The position numbers and the translations under genes are program-made. A DNA stretch of 64,000 bases, taken from Myxococcota bacterium (GTDB lineage: Bacteria; Myxococcota_A; Polyangia; Nannocystales; Nannocystaceae). The stretch covers positions 128,001-192,000 of the forward strand of contig JBCCHT010000023.1 in the NCBI GenBank assembly GCA_039028615.1, given 5' to 3'. The notes under the pieces are model-generated. The model was not told the DNA's origin, did no database searches, and saw nothing but the letters and a program-made list of their open reading frames with translations. This document shows positions 17,548 through 27,789 of this stretch, one piece after another (within the stretch, counting starts at the first letter, position 1; every line of letters begins with the position of its first letter).

Positions 17548-18855
17548 ATGGAGAACAACCGAATTCGCACCGTACAGGTGCGTCAGCATATTGGTGAGCG
17601 CGTCACGATCTGCGGCTGGGTGCACGCGATACGACGCCTGGGCAAAGTCGCATTCGTCATCGTCCGCGACGGCTTCGGCACGATTCAGGTCGTGGCGAGT
17701 CGAGCGGCGCTGGCCCCCTTGGAACGTACGCGGGCCGGCCCCGAGTCGGTCGTACGCATTGAGGCCGAGGCGGTCGCCAATGCGGGCTCCCCCGGCGGCA
17801 TCGAGCTGGTGGCGCCGCAGATCGAGGTCTTGGTGCCCGTCACCGAGCCCTTGCCCGTCGAGCTGAACAAGCAGCTGCGCACCGCCAAGCTGCCCACGCT
17901 GCTCGACCATGCGCCGACCGTCCTACGGGCACCGACTCGGCGAGCGGTGCTCGAGCTTTCGGCCGGAGTGATGGCCGGCTTTCGGCACACGCTCACCGAG
18001 CGGGGCTTCACCGAGATCCAGACGCCGAAGCTGGTGGGCGCCGCGACCGAGAGCGGCGCCAACGTGTTCGCACTCGAGTACTTCGGAGGGCATGCCTACC
18101 TGGCCCAGAGCCCGCAGCTGTACAAGCAGATGATGGTGGGGGTGTTCGAGCGGGTCTTCGAAGTCGGCCCCGTGTTTCGAGCCGAGCCGCACGCCACGGT
18201 TCGTCATCTATCGCAGTACGTCAGCCTCGACGTCGAGCTCGGCTTCATCGAGGACCACGGCTGCGTGATCGAGCAGCTCGAGGCGGTCCTCGCGGGCATC
18301 CTCGAGACTCTGCGAGCACGGTGCAGCCCGGCCCTCGAAGCGCTGGAGGTCGAGCTTCCCGCCGTCGAATCGCCGCTGCCGAGGATCGAGTTCGGCGAAG
18401 CGCGGGCCATGCTGGCCGCCGAGGGCATCGGGCCGCGTGAAGCCGAGGACCTCGCTCCGGCCGAGGAGCGCTGGCTGGGGCAGTGGGCGCAACGCGAGCA
18501 CGGCAGCGCGTGGTTGGTCGTCACCGGCTATCCCATGGCCAAGCGTCCCTTCTACACGCACCCCGCCCCGGGTCGCCCGGAGGTCTCGAACTCGTTCGAC
18601 CTGTTGTTCCGGGGCACCGAGCTGGTCACGGGAGGTCAGCGACTGCATCGCCACGAGGCACTGCTCGCGGCGATGAGCGCGGCGGGGGTCGACCCCCTAC
18701 TGCTGGCCGGCTACCTGGAGTCGTTTCGCTTCGGTATGCCTCCGCACGGTGGTTTCGCCATCGGGCTCGAGCGCTTCGTGACGCAGCTGCTCGGTCTCGA
18801 CAACATTCGGCTCGCGACGTTGCTGCCGCGCGACCCCGGACGGCTCACCCCATGA
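17548..18855 (+). CDS. aspS: Aspartate--tRNA(Asp/Asn) ligase, archaeal-type non-discriminating AspRS
   Basis: 435 aa; OB fold GWVHAIRRLGKVAF, FTEIQTPKL, YLAQSPQLYKQ, FRAE, GMPPHGGFAIGLER. No bacterial GAD insertion; short NAGSPGG loop. Confidence 0.93.
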   Translation: MENNRIRTVQVRQHIGERVTICGWVHAIRRLGKVAFVIVRDGFGTIQVVASRAALAPLERTRAGPESVVRIEAEAVANAGSPGGIELVAPQIEVLVPVTEPLPVELNKQLRTAKLPTLLDHAPTVLRAPTRRAVLELSAGVMAGFRHTLTERGFTEIQTPKLVGAATESGANVFALEYFGGHAYLAQSPQLYKQMMVGVFERVFEVGPVFRAEPHATVRHLSQYVSLDVELGFIEDHGCVIEQLEAVLAGILETLRARCSPALEALEVELPAVESPLPRIEFGEARAMLAAEGIGPREAEDLAPAEERWLGQWAQREHGSAWLVVTGYPMAKRPFYTHPAPGRPEVSNSFDLLFRGTELVTGGQRLHRHEALLAAMSAAGVDPLLLAGYLESFRFGMPPHGGFAIGLERFVTQLLGLDNIRLATLLPRDPGRLTP

Positions 18856-18984
18856 ACCGAGCGGGCGCGGGTGCTCGGGGCCTCAGCCCTGGGGGCCCGC
18901 GCCCTCCCGCGCTCGACCTTCGATCGAAACCAACTGCAGTCGACGGTAGTGCCTCTTCCGTCGGCCAGATACGATGGAAAAATC

Positions 18985-20133
18985 GTGAAGTCCGGTGCGT
19001 TGATCAAGGGCGTCCTGTTGCTCGGCTCGTTGCTGCTCGGGGGTTGTCCCGGCTCGTCCGGCAGCGGGGACTCGGCGGCCGCCGACGACGGGACCAACGA
19101 GACCGGAGAGCAGGAGCCCTCGGTCGGCCCCGACGGCACCGTGTGCGCGCCCGGGTACACCTGCTGGGCCGATCCGAGCGACGACGTCGTCTGGGTCATG
19201 AAGGACGACGGCAACGTCAACGGCCCCTCGTGCAAGTCCGTGTGCGAGAACGCCTTGAGCGACAACTGCGAGTTCAACGGCTGCGATGCCGGTCGAGCCG
19301 TCGCGTATACCGATATCCCCAGCTTCGCCCCGGTGGCGGAAGGGCTCGGCTTCAGCTGTCGCGAGGGCGGATGCTGGTGGCCCGACGCTCCCGGCGAGGG
19401 CCTGTATCTCGTGTCGATCGATACCGACGAGGACGGCAGCAAGTCCTGCTACTTCCCCACCCAAGAGCAGCTCGAGTGCAACACACACCCCGGCAACGCC
19501 AACTGCTTCGGTGAGCGCTACGCGGCCGTGTGCCCCTGCGTTCCCAAGGAGCTCGACCAAGCCTGCGAGTGGGAGTGCCCGCCTCAACACACCACGCGCG
19601 CGACCTGGAAGACGGACGGCACCAGCTGCGTCGAGCGGATCAACTACTGGCGTCGGGTCGCATGCGAAGAAGGCTGGGTCGAGTGTCCGCCCGCTGGCCT
19701 TCCGCCCATGGTCGAGTGCACCGCGTGCCACGAGTGCGCCAACTCTGAGGCCCAGTACGACTCGGAGAACGGCGCCCACGCCTCGTTCGGTCGCTGCGGC
19801 GAGAACGTCCAGGGCGAGGGCGGAGGCGCGACCTGTGCCGACGTCATCGACTCGTTCGTCAGCGAGCGCGCTCCCGACGAAGACGGCGTGATGCGCTGCC
19901 AAGGCCACTGCGGCCCCATCCTCGCCCCGGGCTGCCAGACCTTCTTTTGGGGCAAGGCCATGGACTCCGGCTTCCACACGCTGAACTGGCGCTCGTGCAA
20001 CGTCGAGGCCTGCACGTCGTACTGCGACGAGAACCCGGGCGATTGTTTCACGCACGAGACCTCCCCGGACCTGACCTGCGACGACCCCGACGAAGGGGCC
20101 GAGCCCGGCCCGGACATCCTGGCCTGCGGCTGA
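18985..20133 (+). CDS. Cys-rich lipoprotein with CAP/SCP-like C-terminal region
   Basis: LGGC lipobox after GTG 18985; CVERINYWR...AHASFGRCGEN...GH pattern. Confidence 0.7.
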   Translation: MKSGALIKGVLLLGSLLLGGCPGSSGSGDSAAADDGTNETGEQEPSVGPDGTVCAPGYTCWADPSDDVVWVMKDDGNVNGPSCKSVCENALSDNCEFNGCDAGRAVAYTDIPSFAPVAEGLGFSCREGGCWWPDAPGEGLYLVSIDTDEDGSKSCYFPTQEQLECNTHPGNANCFGERYAAVCPCVPKELDQACEWECPPQHTTRATWKTDGTSCVERINYWRRVACEEGWVECPPAGLPPMVECTACHECANSEAQYDSENGAHASFGRCGENVQGEGGGATCADVIDSFVSERAPDEDGVMRCQGHCGPILAPGCQTFFWGKAMDSGFHTLNWRSCNVEACTSYCDENPGDCFTHETSPDLTCDDPDEGAEPGPDILACG

Positions 20134-20137
20134 TCGC

Positions 20138-20169
20138 CTCGAGCGAGACCTCCCTCGGTCTCGCTCGAG
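20138..20169 (+). terminator. Perfect 13-bp hairpin after stop codon (no U tract)
   Basis: CTCGAGCGAGACC-TCCCTC-GGTCTCGCTCGAG. Confidence 0.5.
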
Positions 20170-20239
20170 TCATGGGCCTGATGCAGGGGCCATCGAAGGC
20201 CAGGGACGAGAGTGTGCGGGCCCGCTGCCGATCCCCCCT

Positions 20240-20938
20240 CATGCATCGCTGACCGGGAACGCGGGGTACCACTGCGCGCGGGTGGGGACGAAGGCCGAGT
20301 GTGCCGGGCTCAGCCCCTTGGGCCACAACCCGACCGAGCTGTGGACGCGAGCCGACATCCACGCGATCGATGCGGGACCGCGCCTGACCAGCGACCCCAT
20401 CATCGCCGGGTTGCGCGGGCGGGGCGGCGATACGGCGATCGTTCGGCTCGACGAAGATCCGCCGGCCTCGCCCTGGCTCGAGTGGCCCGGCATCGTGTCG
20501 TTCTCCGTCGGCGTCACCCAGGCCTGCGCGATCGTGAAGGGAGGCGAGGTGGTCTGCCGCAATCGCGACCTGGGCATGCTGAAGATCGAGGCGGGGCAAG
20601 CGGGCATCCCCGGCGACGGGTTTCGCGTGGGACGCGTGCCCGGGGTCTCGAAGGCGGTGGAGATCGAAGCCGCCGCCAAGGCGACCTGCGTGCTGACCCA
20701 CGAGCATCGGATCACCTGCTGGGGAGACAACGACCACGGGCAGCTCGGCCTGGCCGACCCGGCCGCGCGGTCTCGGCCAGTTCGCGTCGAGGGCCTGCCG
20801 CCGCTCACCAACCTGCTGGGCAACGACGGGCACGCGTGCGGCCTCGCCGACGATGGCCGGCTGATGTGCTGGGGCTCCGATCGCCACGGGCAGCTCGGCG
20901 GCGAGACCCAGATCGTGACCGGATGCCGAAGGGCTAGA
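20240..20938 (+). pseudogene. RCC1-repeat protein fragment
   Basis: ITCWGDNDHGQLG and HACGLADDGRLMCWGSDRHGQLG. Repeat-like sequence begins upstream of the first start codon, and the frame runs on antisense into the kinase gene to 21301. Confidence 0.6.
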
Positions 20939-23902
20939 TCACTCGCCGAGCGGATTCTCGTCGAGCCACTCCTGGAGCTGATCGCGGAGCACCTGCGGGC
21001 TGTCCTCGGCCTCTCGCCACAGCCGCCAGGCCTCTTCGTTGAGCACCTTGGCCCGGCCACGATCCCGAGCCGGGCCTTCGATCTTCCACAGCGCCTGCGC
21101 GAGGTTCTGGGCTCCTTCCACCCGCATCTCCAGCGTCGATCCGTCGTTCTGTCGGCGAGCGTAGACCTCCTCCAGCATGGGCAGGGCTTCGGCAAACTCG
21201 CCCTTGTCCAGCAACAAGACGGCCAGGTTCGAACGCACCGCCGTCGTGTACCGATGATCGGGGCCCATGGACTCCACGAGCCGCGGAAGGATGTCTCGTG
21301 ACTCGGCCTCGACTTCATCGAGGCGTTCGAGCTGGTACAGCACGCTGGTCAGGTTGATCCGGGCGCCCAGCACATGATGGTGATTAGGGCCCAGCCGCTC
21401 TTCGAGCCGCTTCGCTGCGATTCGTTGCTGGACCAGCGCTTCTTCGTGTCGACCCATCCTCACGAGCAAGCTACCCAGGTTGGCGCGCGCCAGATCGCCG
21501 TAGAACACCTCCGCATCCTGGGCCTCGTCTCCCGTCTCGATGAGGGCGCGAAACTCAGCCTCCGCCTCTTCGTACTTCCCCCGGCTTCGCAGCACGATGG
21601 CGAGATGCTGCCGGGTCGCCGCCGCTTGGGAGTGCTCGCGGCCCAAGGCCTGAACCTGCATCTCGAGCGCCGCCCGAAGCTCGGTCTCCGCCTCCTCGTA
21701 CTCCTCGAGCTTGATCAGCGTGACGCCGAGTCGATCGCGGAGCGTGGCCACCGAGGGGTGGCGCGGGCCCAAGGATGCCTCCATCTGAGAGATCGCCGCC
21801 CGGTGCTCGGCCTGTGCCTCCGCGTCTTTGCCCTTCGCCTCGAGCACGCTGGCCACGTTGCTCCGAACGAAGGCCACCTTGTGATGCTCGGCCCCGTACG
21901 CCTGCGCATACAGGTCTGCCGCCAGTCGATATCCGGCCTCCGCTTCGTCGTATTTGCCCTGCGCACGCAGAGTGGCCGCGATGATGTCTTGCACCCGCGC
22001 CTCGTCTTGAGCTCGACCGCGAGCGAGACCCAACGCGACGCGACGGTACTGGAGCGCCTCTTCGAAGCGTCGTTGTTCGGGGCCCAGCACGCCCATCACG
22101 TGGGCGGTGGCATCACGCATGGCATCCCACAGACGCAGGGCCGACGCCTCTTCGAGCGCATCCAGCGAAACCTCGACCGACTCGTCGTACTCACCGACCG
22201 CCGACAGCAGGTGAGCCTGTTGAAGCTTCACCTCGACCTGAACCGGTCGATAGTCCACCGCGGCGAGTCGGACCTTGGCGTGCTCGAGCTCGGTGGCCGC
22301 GGCATCGAAGCGAGCGGCCCGGCGAAGGTTGCGTACCCGCGACAACGACTCGCGAATCGCGGCGACCGTCTCTTCGTCCTCGGGCCGGGGTGGCTCCACC
22401 GCCGCCGACAACGCCTGAGGGTCCGAACACCGAGCCAGCGGACGCAGGCCTCCGACGAAATCGTGAGCGTTGCTCGCCACGTCGACGTCCGCGTCGGCCA
22501 GCATGTCGACGGTGGTTCGCAGATCGACCGCGGCCCGGCTCAAGCAGCTCATGCGGAGGTCCAACATCTGGGCCGACTGCTCCCCGCGGACCGTGGTCGC
22601 CCGGCAGGCCTCGGTGTGCGTCGCCACCCAGTCGTCGGCGTACGCATCGAGTTCTGCCGAGGTCTTGTCCCAGACCTCGGACGCGAACGGTGTCGTCAGG
22701 CCTTGGAACACGGCCGCGACCTCCTCCCGTCGCGCGTCGTCCCAGACCCCGACCAGCTGTTGCTCCGCGCCCGAGCACCGCTCGGACTGCGCGGTCGCCA
22801 GGACTTGCGCCATCAACCCGCCACCACCCAGCACCCCGACTCCCAGCACGCCCAGCACCCATCGCTGACGCCGACGGCCGGGGTCCCAGGTGAGGGCTTC
22901 GAGCAACGGTTCCATCGATGGCCAGCGGTCATCGGGCGCCACCGCCAGGCCGCGTCGGAGGGCCTCCACCATGCGCCGAGGCACGGCCGGAGCCCGCGAA
23001 GGCCAACTCGGCGCCCCCGCGCGCTTGGCCTCGACGAGCTCTTCGATGGTCTCGCCCCCGAAGGGCATCTCGCCCGTCAGCCCCTGCCAAAGCGCCACGC
23101 AGAAGCTGTACTGGTCGGTTCGAGCATCGGGCACCGCCCCTTCGTGCTGCTCGGGAGACATGAACCGAGGCGTGCCGAGCACGATGCCCGGCACGGTCAG
23201 AAACGACGCGCTGTTGACCCGACCCGAGCTCGTGAGCCTCGTACCTTCGGACTCCGCCAGCGGAGCGGACTCGGGTTCGTCCAGCGATCGGGCCAGCCCG
23301 AAGTCGAGGACCTTCACCACTCCGTCTTCGCCACGCATCGCGTTGTGGGGCTTGAAATCGCGATGGACCAAGCCGGCATCGTGCGCGGCCAGCAGCCCCC
23401 GACCCGCTTGCAGATAGACCCGCACGATCTCCGGCCACGGATGCTCGCGCCGACGCCAAGCGTCGAGGCTCTCGCCCCGAACGAACTCCATCGCCAGGAA
23501 CATCTGGCCGTCGTCGCTCTCCCCCACCTCGTGCACGGTGACCACGTTGGGGTGAGAGAGCCTCGCTTGGGTCTGTGCCTCCCGTTGGAAGCGCAGGCGG
23601 CTCTCCTCGTTGGGCAGCTCGTCTTCGCGGAGGACCTTGACCGCCACCTTGCGGTCGAGCTCCTCGTCATAGGCAGCGTAGACCATGCCCATGCCGCCCT
23701 GCCCCAGCTCGTCGAGCACGGTGAACCGACCGAAACGCACCGCCATGGCCTTCGGGGCGAAGATCCGCGACCGCACCCGCACCTCGATCGCCCGCTGAGC
23801 CCCGCGATCGGTGTCGGCCCCGTCCTGGTGCCTGCACGTGACCGCGTCCTCGTCGTTGGCGTCGGCTACGCCTTCGGGGCGGCTCGGACTGTCGGAGGCC
23901 AT
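20939..23902 (-). CDS. Ser/Thr protein kinase with TM and TPR repeats
   Basis: GQGGMG, VAVK, HRDFKPHN, DFG, GTPRFMSPE; LGPxHP-type TPR repeats. Confidence 0.95.
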   Translation of the reverse strand: MASDSPSRPEGVADANDEDAVTCRHQDGADTDRGAQRAIEVRVRSRIFAPKAMAVRFGRFTVLDELGQGGMGMVYAAYDEELDRKVAVKVLREDELPNEESRLRFQREAQTQARLSHPNVVTVHEVGESDDGQMFLAMEFVRGESLDAWRRREHPWPEIVRVYLQAGRGLLAAHDAGLVHRDFKPHNAMRGEDGVVKVLDFGLARSLDEPESAPLAESEGTRLTSSGRVNSASFLTVPGIVLGTPRFMSPEQHEGAVPDARTDQYSFCVALWQGLTGEMPFGGETIEELVEAKRAGAPSWPSRAPAVPRRMVEALRRGLAVAPDDRWPSMEPLLEALTWDPGRRRQRWVLGVLGVGVLGGGGLMAQVLATAQSERCSGAEQQLVGVWDDARREEVAAVFQGLTTPFASEVWDKTSAELDAYADDWVATHTEACRATTVRGEQSAQMLDLRMSCLSRAAVDLRTTVDMLADADVDVASNAHDFVGGLRPLARCSDPQALSAAVEPPRPEDEETVAAIRESLSRVRNLRRAARFDAAATELEHAKVRLAAVDYRPVQVEVKLQQAHLLSAVGEYDESVEVSLDALEEASALRLWDAMRDATAHVMGVLGPEQRRFEEALQYRRVALGLARGRAQDEARVQDIIAATLRAQGKYDEAEAGYRLAADLYAQAYGAEHHKVAFVRSNVASVLEAKGKDAEAQAEHRAAISQMEASLGPRHPSVATLRDRLGVTLIKLEEYEEAETELRAALEMQVQALGREHSQAAATRQHLAIVLRSRGKYEEAEAEFRALIETGDEAQDAEVFYGDLARANLGSLLVRMGRHEEALVQQRIAAKRLEERLGPNHHHVLGARINLTSVLYQLERLDEVEAESRDILPRLVESMGPDHRYTTAVRSNLAVLLLDKGEFAEALPMLEEVYARRQNDGSTLEMRVEGAQNLAQALWKIEGPARDRGRAKVLNEEAWRLWREAEDSPQVLRDQLQEWLDENPLGE

Positions 23903-24059
23903 GCATGTTCATGGTCCCCCGCGCCGCTCGTCACTGACAAGCGCTCATCCGCCTTCGAGCCATTTCTGCACGGTCGGCGAACACCGAAACCTCGGACCGA
24001 ATACTCAGTGCCCCTCGGTAGGTTTTGCAGGGCGGACATCCTGAGGCAGATTGCGCATC

Positions 24060-24581
24060 ATGGAATTGTTCGGCACGCGGCGCTTCTTGGTTCGCCTGTG
24101 GCGTGACGACGACGACGATGTCGACGCCTGCTTCGCGATCTATCGCGACGAGGACGTCTCGCGCTGGCTCGAGCGCCCGCCCTTTCACTCGCGCAGCCAG
24201 GCCCGCGAAGCCAACCTCCGCCAGCTCGATCACCAGGCGCGGCACCCCGGGCTCGGCTGGTGGCCGATCGTGAACCGAGCCGATGCGGAGATCGTGGGTC
24301 AGGCCGCGTTGATGCCCATCCCCGATGCACCCGACGATCTCGAGCTCGGCTACCACGTCGCGCGCCCCTGGTGGGGACGCGGCGTAGCGACCGAAGTGGC
24401 GCGCGGCGTGCTCGACTACGCGGCGCAGCACTTTCCCGCCCGACGGGTCATCGCCGTGACCCGCCCACACAACGCCGCATCACGCCGCGTGATGGAGAAG
24501 ATCGGCCTGCGCTTCGCGGGCGAGACCGTGTTCAAGGGGCTGCACTCGGTCGAGTACGTGGCCGGCCCGCCTACGGAGTGA
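24060..24581 (+). CDS. GNAT N-acetyltransferase (RimJ/RimL-like)
   Basis: ELGYHVARPWWGRGVATE, NAASRRVMEKIG. Confidence 0.9.
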   Translation: MELFGTRRFLVRLWRDDDDDVDACFAIYRDEDVSRWLERPPFHSRSQAREANLRQLDHQARHPGLGWWPIVNRADAEIVGQAALMPIPDAPDDLELGYHVARPWWGRGVATEVARGVLDYAAQHFPARRVIAVTRPHNAASRRVMEKIGLRFAGETVFKGLHSVEYVAGPPTE

Positions 24582-27558
24582 CCTTCGCCCGGCGCTCGGC
24601 CAGCCATTGCTCGATATTCGCCCGCAGCCCGTCGCTCCCCTCGATCTGCGCCGCGGTCTCGGCGAGCTCGAGTGCACGCCCCCGGTCTTTGCTCGATTGC
24701 CACAGCACGTCGGCGATCACGAACTGCGTCTCGGCAATGAGCGCCGCGCTGGCGTCGGCCGCCTCGTAGATCTGCAGCGCCTGCTCGGCCTGGCTCAGCG
24801 CGACCTCGAAGTTCTTCTCTTCGAGCTCCAGCTCCGCCAGCCACAGCAGGTGCTGCGCCACGTCGAGGTGCTGGGGGCCGAGCGCCTTGCGGTGGATCTC
24901 CAGGGCTCGAGTGCGAAACTCCCGTGCCTCGTCCATCCGCCCCTCGCCATGGTGCACGACGGCGATGTTCCCCAGGGTATTGGCCACGCGAGGGTGCTCG
25001 GGGCCCAGCGCGGTCTCGCGGATCTTCAGCGCGCGGTGATGGACCTCCAGCGCGCCTTCGGCATCGCCCTCGGAGCGGAGGATCATCGCCAGGATGTTGA
25101 GCCCAGCCGCCAGCGTGGGGTGGTTGGGCCCTCGGACCTTCTCGTTGATCTCCAGCGCCTGCATGGCGTGGACCCGTGCCTTCGCCAGGTCTCCTTGCAA
25201 CCGATAGACGATCGCCAGGTTGTGAAAGCTCGCCGCGACCCGCGGGTGCTCCTCGCCGTAGGCCGCGATGCGAATGTCCTTCGCCTGCTGATACAGCTCG
25301 ATGGCCCGCGGATAGTCCCCCGCCAAGTCGTAGTGGATGGCGATGTTGTTGATGCTATCCGCGACGTAGGGGTGCGCGTTGCCCAGCGCGCGCTTGCGGA
25401 TCGCGAGCGCATGCTCGTGCTGCTCGAGCGCGAGCTCGGCCTCGCCCTGCTCCCGTAGGACATTGGCCAGGTTGTTCATGCTCGCCGCCAACACGGGATG
25501 CCCCTCGCCCAGCAGCTCGCGTTGCAGCGCGATGTTCTGCTCGAAGAGTTCGCGCGCCCGCTCGAAGCGCCCGGCTCGTTTGTGGGCCAACGCCAGGTTG
25601 TTCACCGCGATGGCCACCGAGGGGTGCTGGGGCCCGAGGACCTGCTCGCGAAGCTCCCGTGCGCGCTGGGCCAGGGCGAGCTCTTGCTCGGAGTTGGCGG
25701 CTTCGCCCTTGACCGCCCCGAGCGACGCATCGAGGTTGGCCTCGCGGATCGGATCGTCACCGATCCGCGACAGCTCCACCCGACCCAGCTCTGCCCAGTG
25801 CTCGGCCGTCTCCAAGTTGGCCTGGAGCCGATGCACCCACATCACGGCCATGGCGGCATCGAAGGCGAGCTCCGAGTCTCCGGCCTCGGCCGCATCGAAG
25901 TAGGCCTGCTCCCCGTGTTCGCGGGCCTGGTCGAAGTCGGAGATCTTCACCAACGCATTGGCCAGCACCACCCGCGCGGCCGAGGACAAGGGCGGCCAGG
26001 CGATCGGCTCGGCCTCGGCCAGGGCGCGCTCGGACTCCTCCTTCGCTCGATCGAACTCCCCGCCCACGAACATCGCCCGCGCACGGTGCAAGCGGGAACG
26101 AACCTCGCGGATCCCCTCGATGCGATCGACGGGCGGGGCGGGCCGAGCATGCAGGATGGCCTCGTCGAGGCAGGGCTCGATCGCCCGCAACCCAGCCGCG
26201 CTGGCGATGGCGCGTCGCAGCGTCTTGGGATCGACGACCCGCAGGCGATCGACCAAGGCGACCAGCTCTCCGCGACGCTCTTCGAGACACCACATCGCCC
26301 GGCTGACGGTGTCGGCCTCCCAGGTCTGGGTGACTCGCCCGTGTCGGCAGACCTCCGTGCGAGCCGATCGCCACGCCTCCGCCTGGCGATCGAGCCACGG
26401 CAGGGCCTTGTCGGCGGTGGTCTCGGCGTAGGACGCCTTCGTCGCCAGGAACGCGTCCCGAAGCTGCACCCGCGCCTGGTCGCTCCAGTGTTCGTCGATC
26501 TCGTCGCCCGCCTCGTTGCAGGCCACGATCACCCGCTGGCGCTGCAGGTGCTGCGCCACGAACACGCCTCCGACCACGACCGCCGCACCGAGCCCGAGCC
26601 CCGCGAAGATCCGACGTCGCCCGCTGTCGCGGCCCTTCGCCAGCGCGTGGAGCAACGCATCGAGCGACGCAAAGCGCATGTCGGGATCGCGACTGAGGCC
26701 CCGCTCCATGATCCGCTGCAGCCACCGGGGCGCGGGGCGCCCAGGTGGACGGAGATTACCCGCCAGAACATTGCCCGCCAGCTCGACCAACGTCGTGCCC
26801 GCGGTCGGGCGCTCGTGGTGAATGGCCTCCCACAACGCGACACAAAACGAGTACTGATCGCTGCGCTCGTTCGCCGGCTTGCCCTCGAAGCACTCGGGGG
26901 CCATGTAGCCCGGCGTGCCCACCAACGCGTCCGCACGGGTGAGATCGGTGCTGAGCAAGTCGTTGCGCCGCGCCCCCGTGGGAGCCGGCACCGCCTCGGA
27001 CTCCGCGTCGGTGTCACTGGGGCGCGCGAGCCCGAAGTCCATCACCACCACCCGACCGTCGTCCCCCACCATGACGTTGTCCGGCTTGAAATCGCGATGC
27101 AGCAGCTTCTTGGCGTGGGCCGCCGCCAACCCGGCCCCCGCCTGCGCGAACACGTCGACCACCGCGGACCACGAGGGCCGCGGATCCTGTTCCATCCACT
27201 CCGCCATCGTCTGCCCCTCGACGAACTCCATCGCGACGTAGACTCGCTCGCCCAGGGTCCCCACGTCGTGCACGGTGACCACGTTGGGATGGACCAAGCG
27301 CGCGAGGGCCTGGGCCTCGCGAAGCAACCGCGTCTGCGCCTGCTCGCCTCGCGTGTTCGGCAGCAACAGCTTGATGGCCACCCGCCGATCGAGATCGGGA
27401 TCGTAGGCCGCGAACACCACTCCCATCGCGCCCGAGCCCAGCTGCCCCAGCACGACATAGCGCCCCACCGGATCCCCGCGCTCGAGCCTCGCGTCGCGGC
27501 GGGCGACCTCGGAGACGTCGTCGCCCGCGATCGTCTCTTCGAGAGACGCCGTGCTCAC
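24571..27558 (-). CDS. Ser/Thr protein kinase with TM and TPR repeats
   Basis: GSGAMG, HRDFKPDN, DFG, GTPGYMAPE; repeated LGxxHP..A..xNNLA units. Confidence 0.95.
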   Translation of the reverse strand: MSTASLEETIAGDDVSEVARRDARLERGDPVGRYVVLGQLGSGAMGVVFAAYDPDLDRRVAIKLLLPNTRGEQAQTRLLREAQALARLVHPNVVTVHDVGTLGERVYVAMEFVEGQTMAEWMEQDPRPSWSAVVDVFAQAGAGLAAAHAKKLLHRDFKPDNVMVGDDGRVVVMDFGLARPSDTDAESEAVPAPTGARRNDLLSTDLTRADALVGTPGYMAPECFEGKPANERSDQYSFCVALWEAIHHERPTAGTTLVELAGNVLAGNLRPPGRPAPRWLQRIMERGLSRDPDMRFASLDALLHALAKGRDSGRRRIFAGLGLGAAVVVGGVFVAQHLQRQRVIVACNEAGDEIDEHWSDQARVQLRDAFLATKASYAETTADKALPWLDRQAEAWRSARTEVCRHGRVTQTWEADTVSRAMWCLEERRGELVALVDRLRVVDPKTLRRAIASAAGLRAIEPCLDEAILHARPAPPVDRIEGIREVRSRLHRARAMFVGGEFDRAKEESERALAEAEPIAWPPLSSAARVVLANALVKISDFDQAREHGEQAYFDAAEAGDSELAFDAAMAVMWVHRLQANLETAEHWAELGRVELSRIGDDPIREANLDASLGAVKGEAANSEQELALAQRARELREQVLGPQHPSVAIAVNNLALAHKRAGRFERARELFEQNIALQRELLGEGHPVLAASMNNLANVLREQGEAELALEQHEHALAIRKRALGNAHPYVADSINNIAIHYDLAGDYPRAIELYQQAKDIRIAAYGEEHPRVAASFHNLAIVYRLQGDLAKARVHAMQALEINEKVRGPNHPTLAAGLNILAMILRSEGDAEGALEVHHRALKIRETALGPEHPRVANTLGNIAVVHHGEGRMDEAREFRTRALEIHRKALGPQHLDVAQHLLWLAELELEEKNFEVALSQAEQALQIYEAADASAALIAETQFVIADVLWQSSKDRGRALELAETAAQIEGSDGLRANIEQWLAERRAKVTP

Positions 27559-27789
27559 GGCTCCCCGCTCCTCGACGGGGGCTTGGCGGGGATCGACGAT
27601 CGCACGGAGCAGGATCTTAGCCCGGGCGCGAGCAGGGGTCGCGCGCCCATGCCCCGGTCCCGCGGCAACGAAGTTCGGACACCTACGACCCGAGTTTCAC
27701 GACCGGTCGCACCTCGAACCACAACGCGTCTCGGCCCTGTGGCTTGGATCGGAGAGGGCTGGTCGCGGCCCCGAAGCAACGGCGCAGCG

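Noticed and set aside
24106..24125. Asp-codon run (DDDDD) near the GNAT N-terminus as a second Asp sensor
   Set aside because: It lies inside a normal CDS at a position that is usually acidic in RimJ-like GNATs; no associated structure seen.
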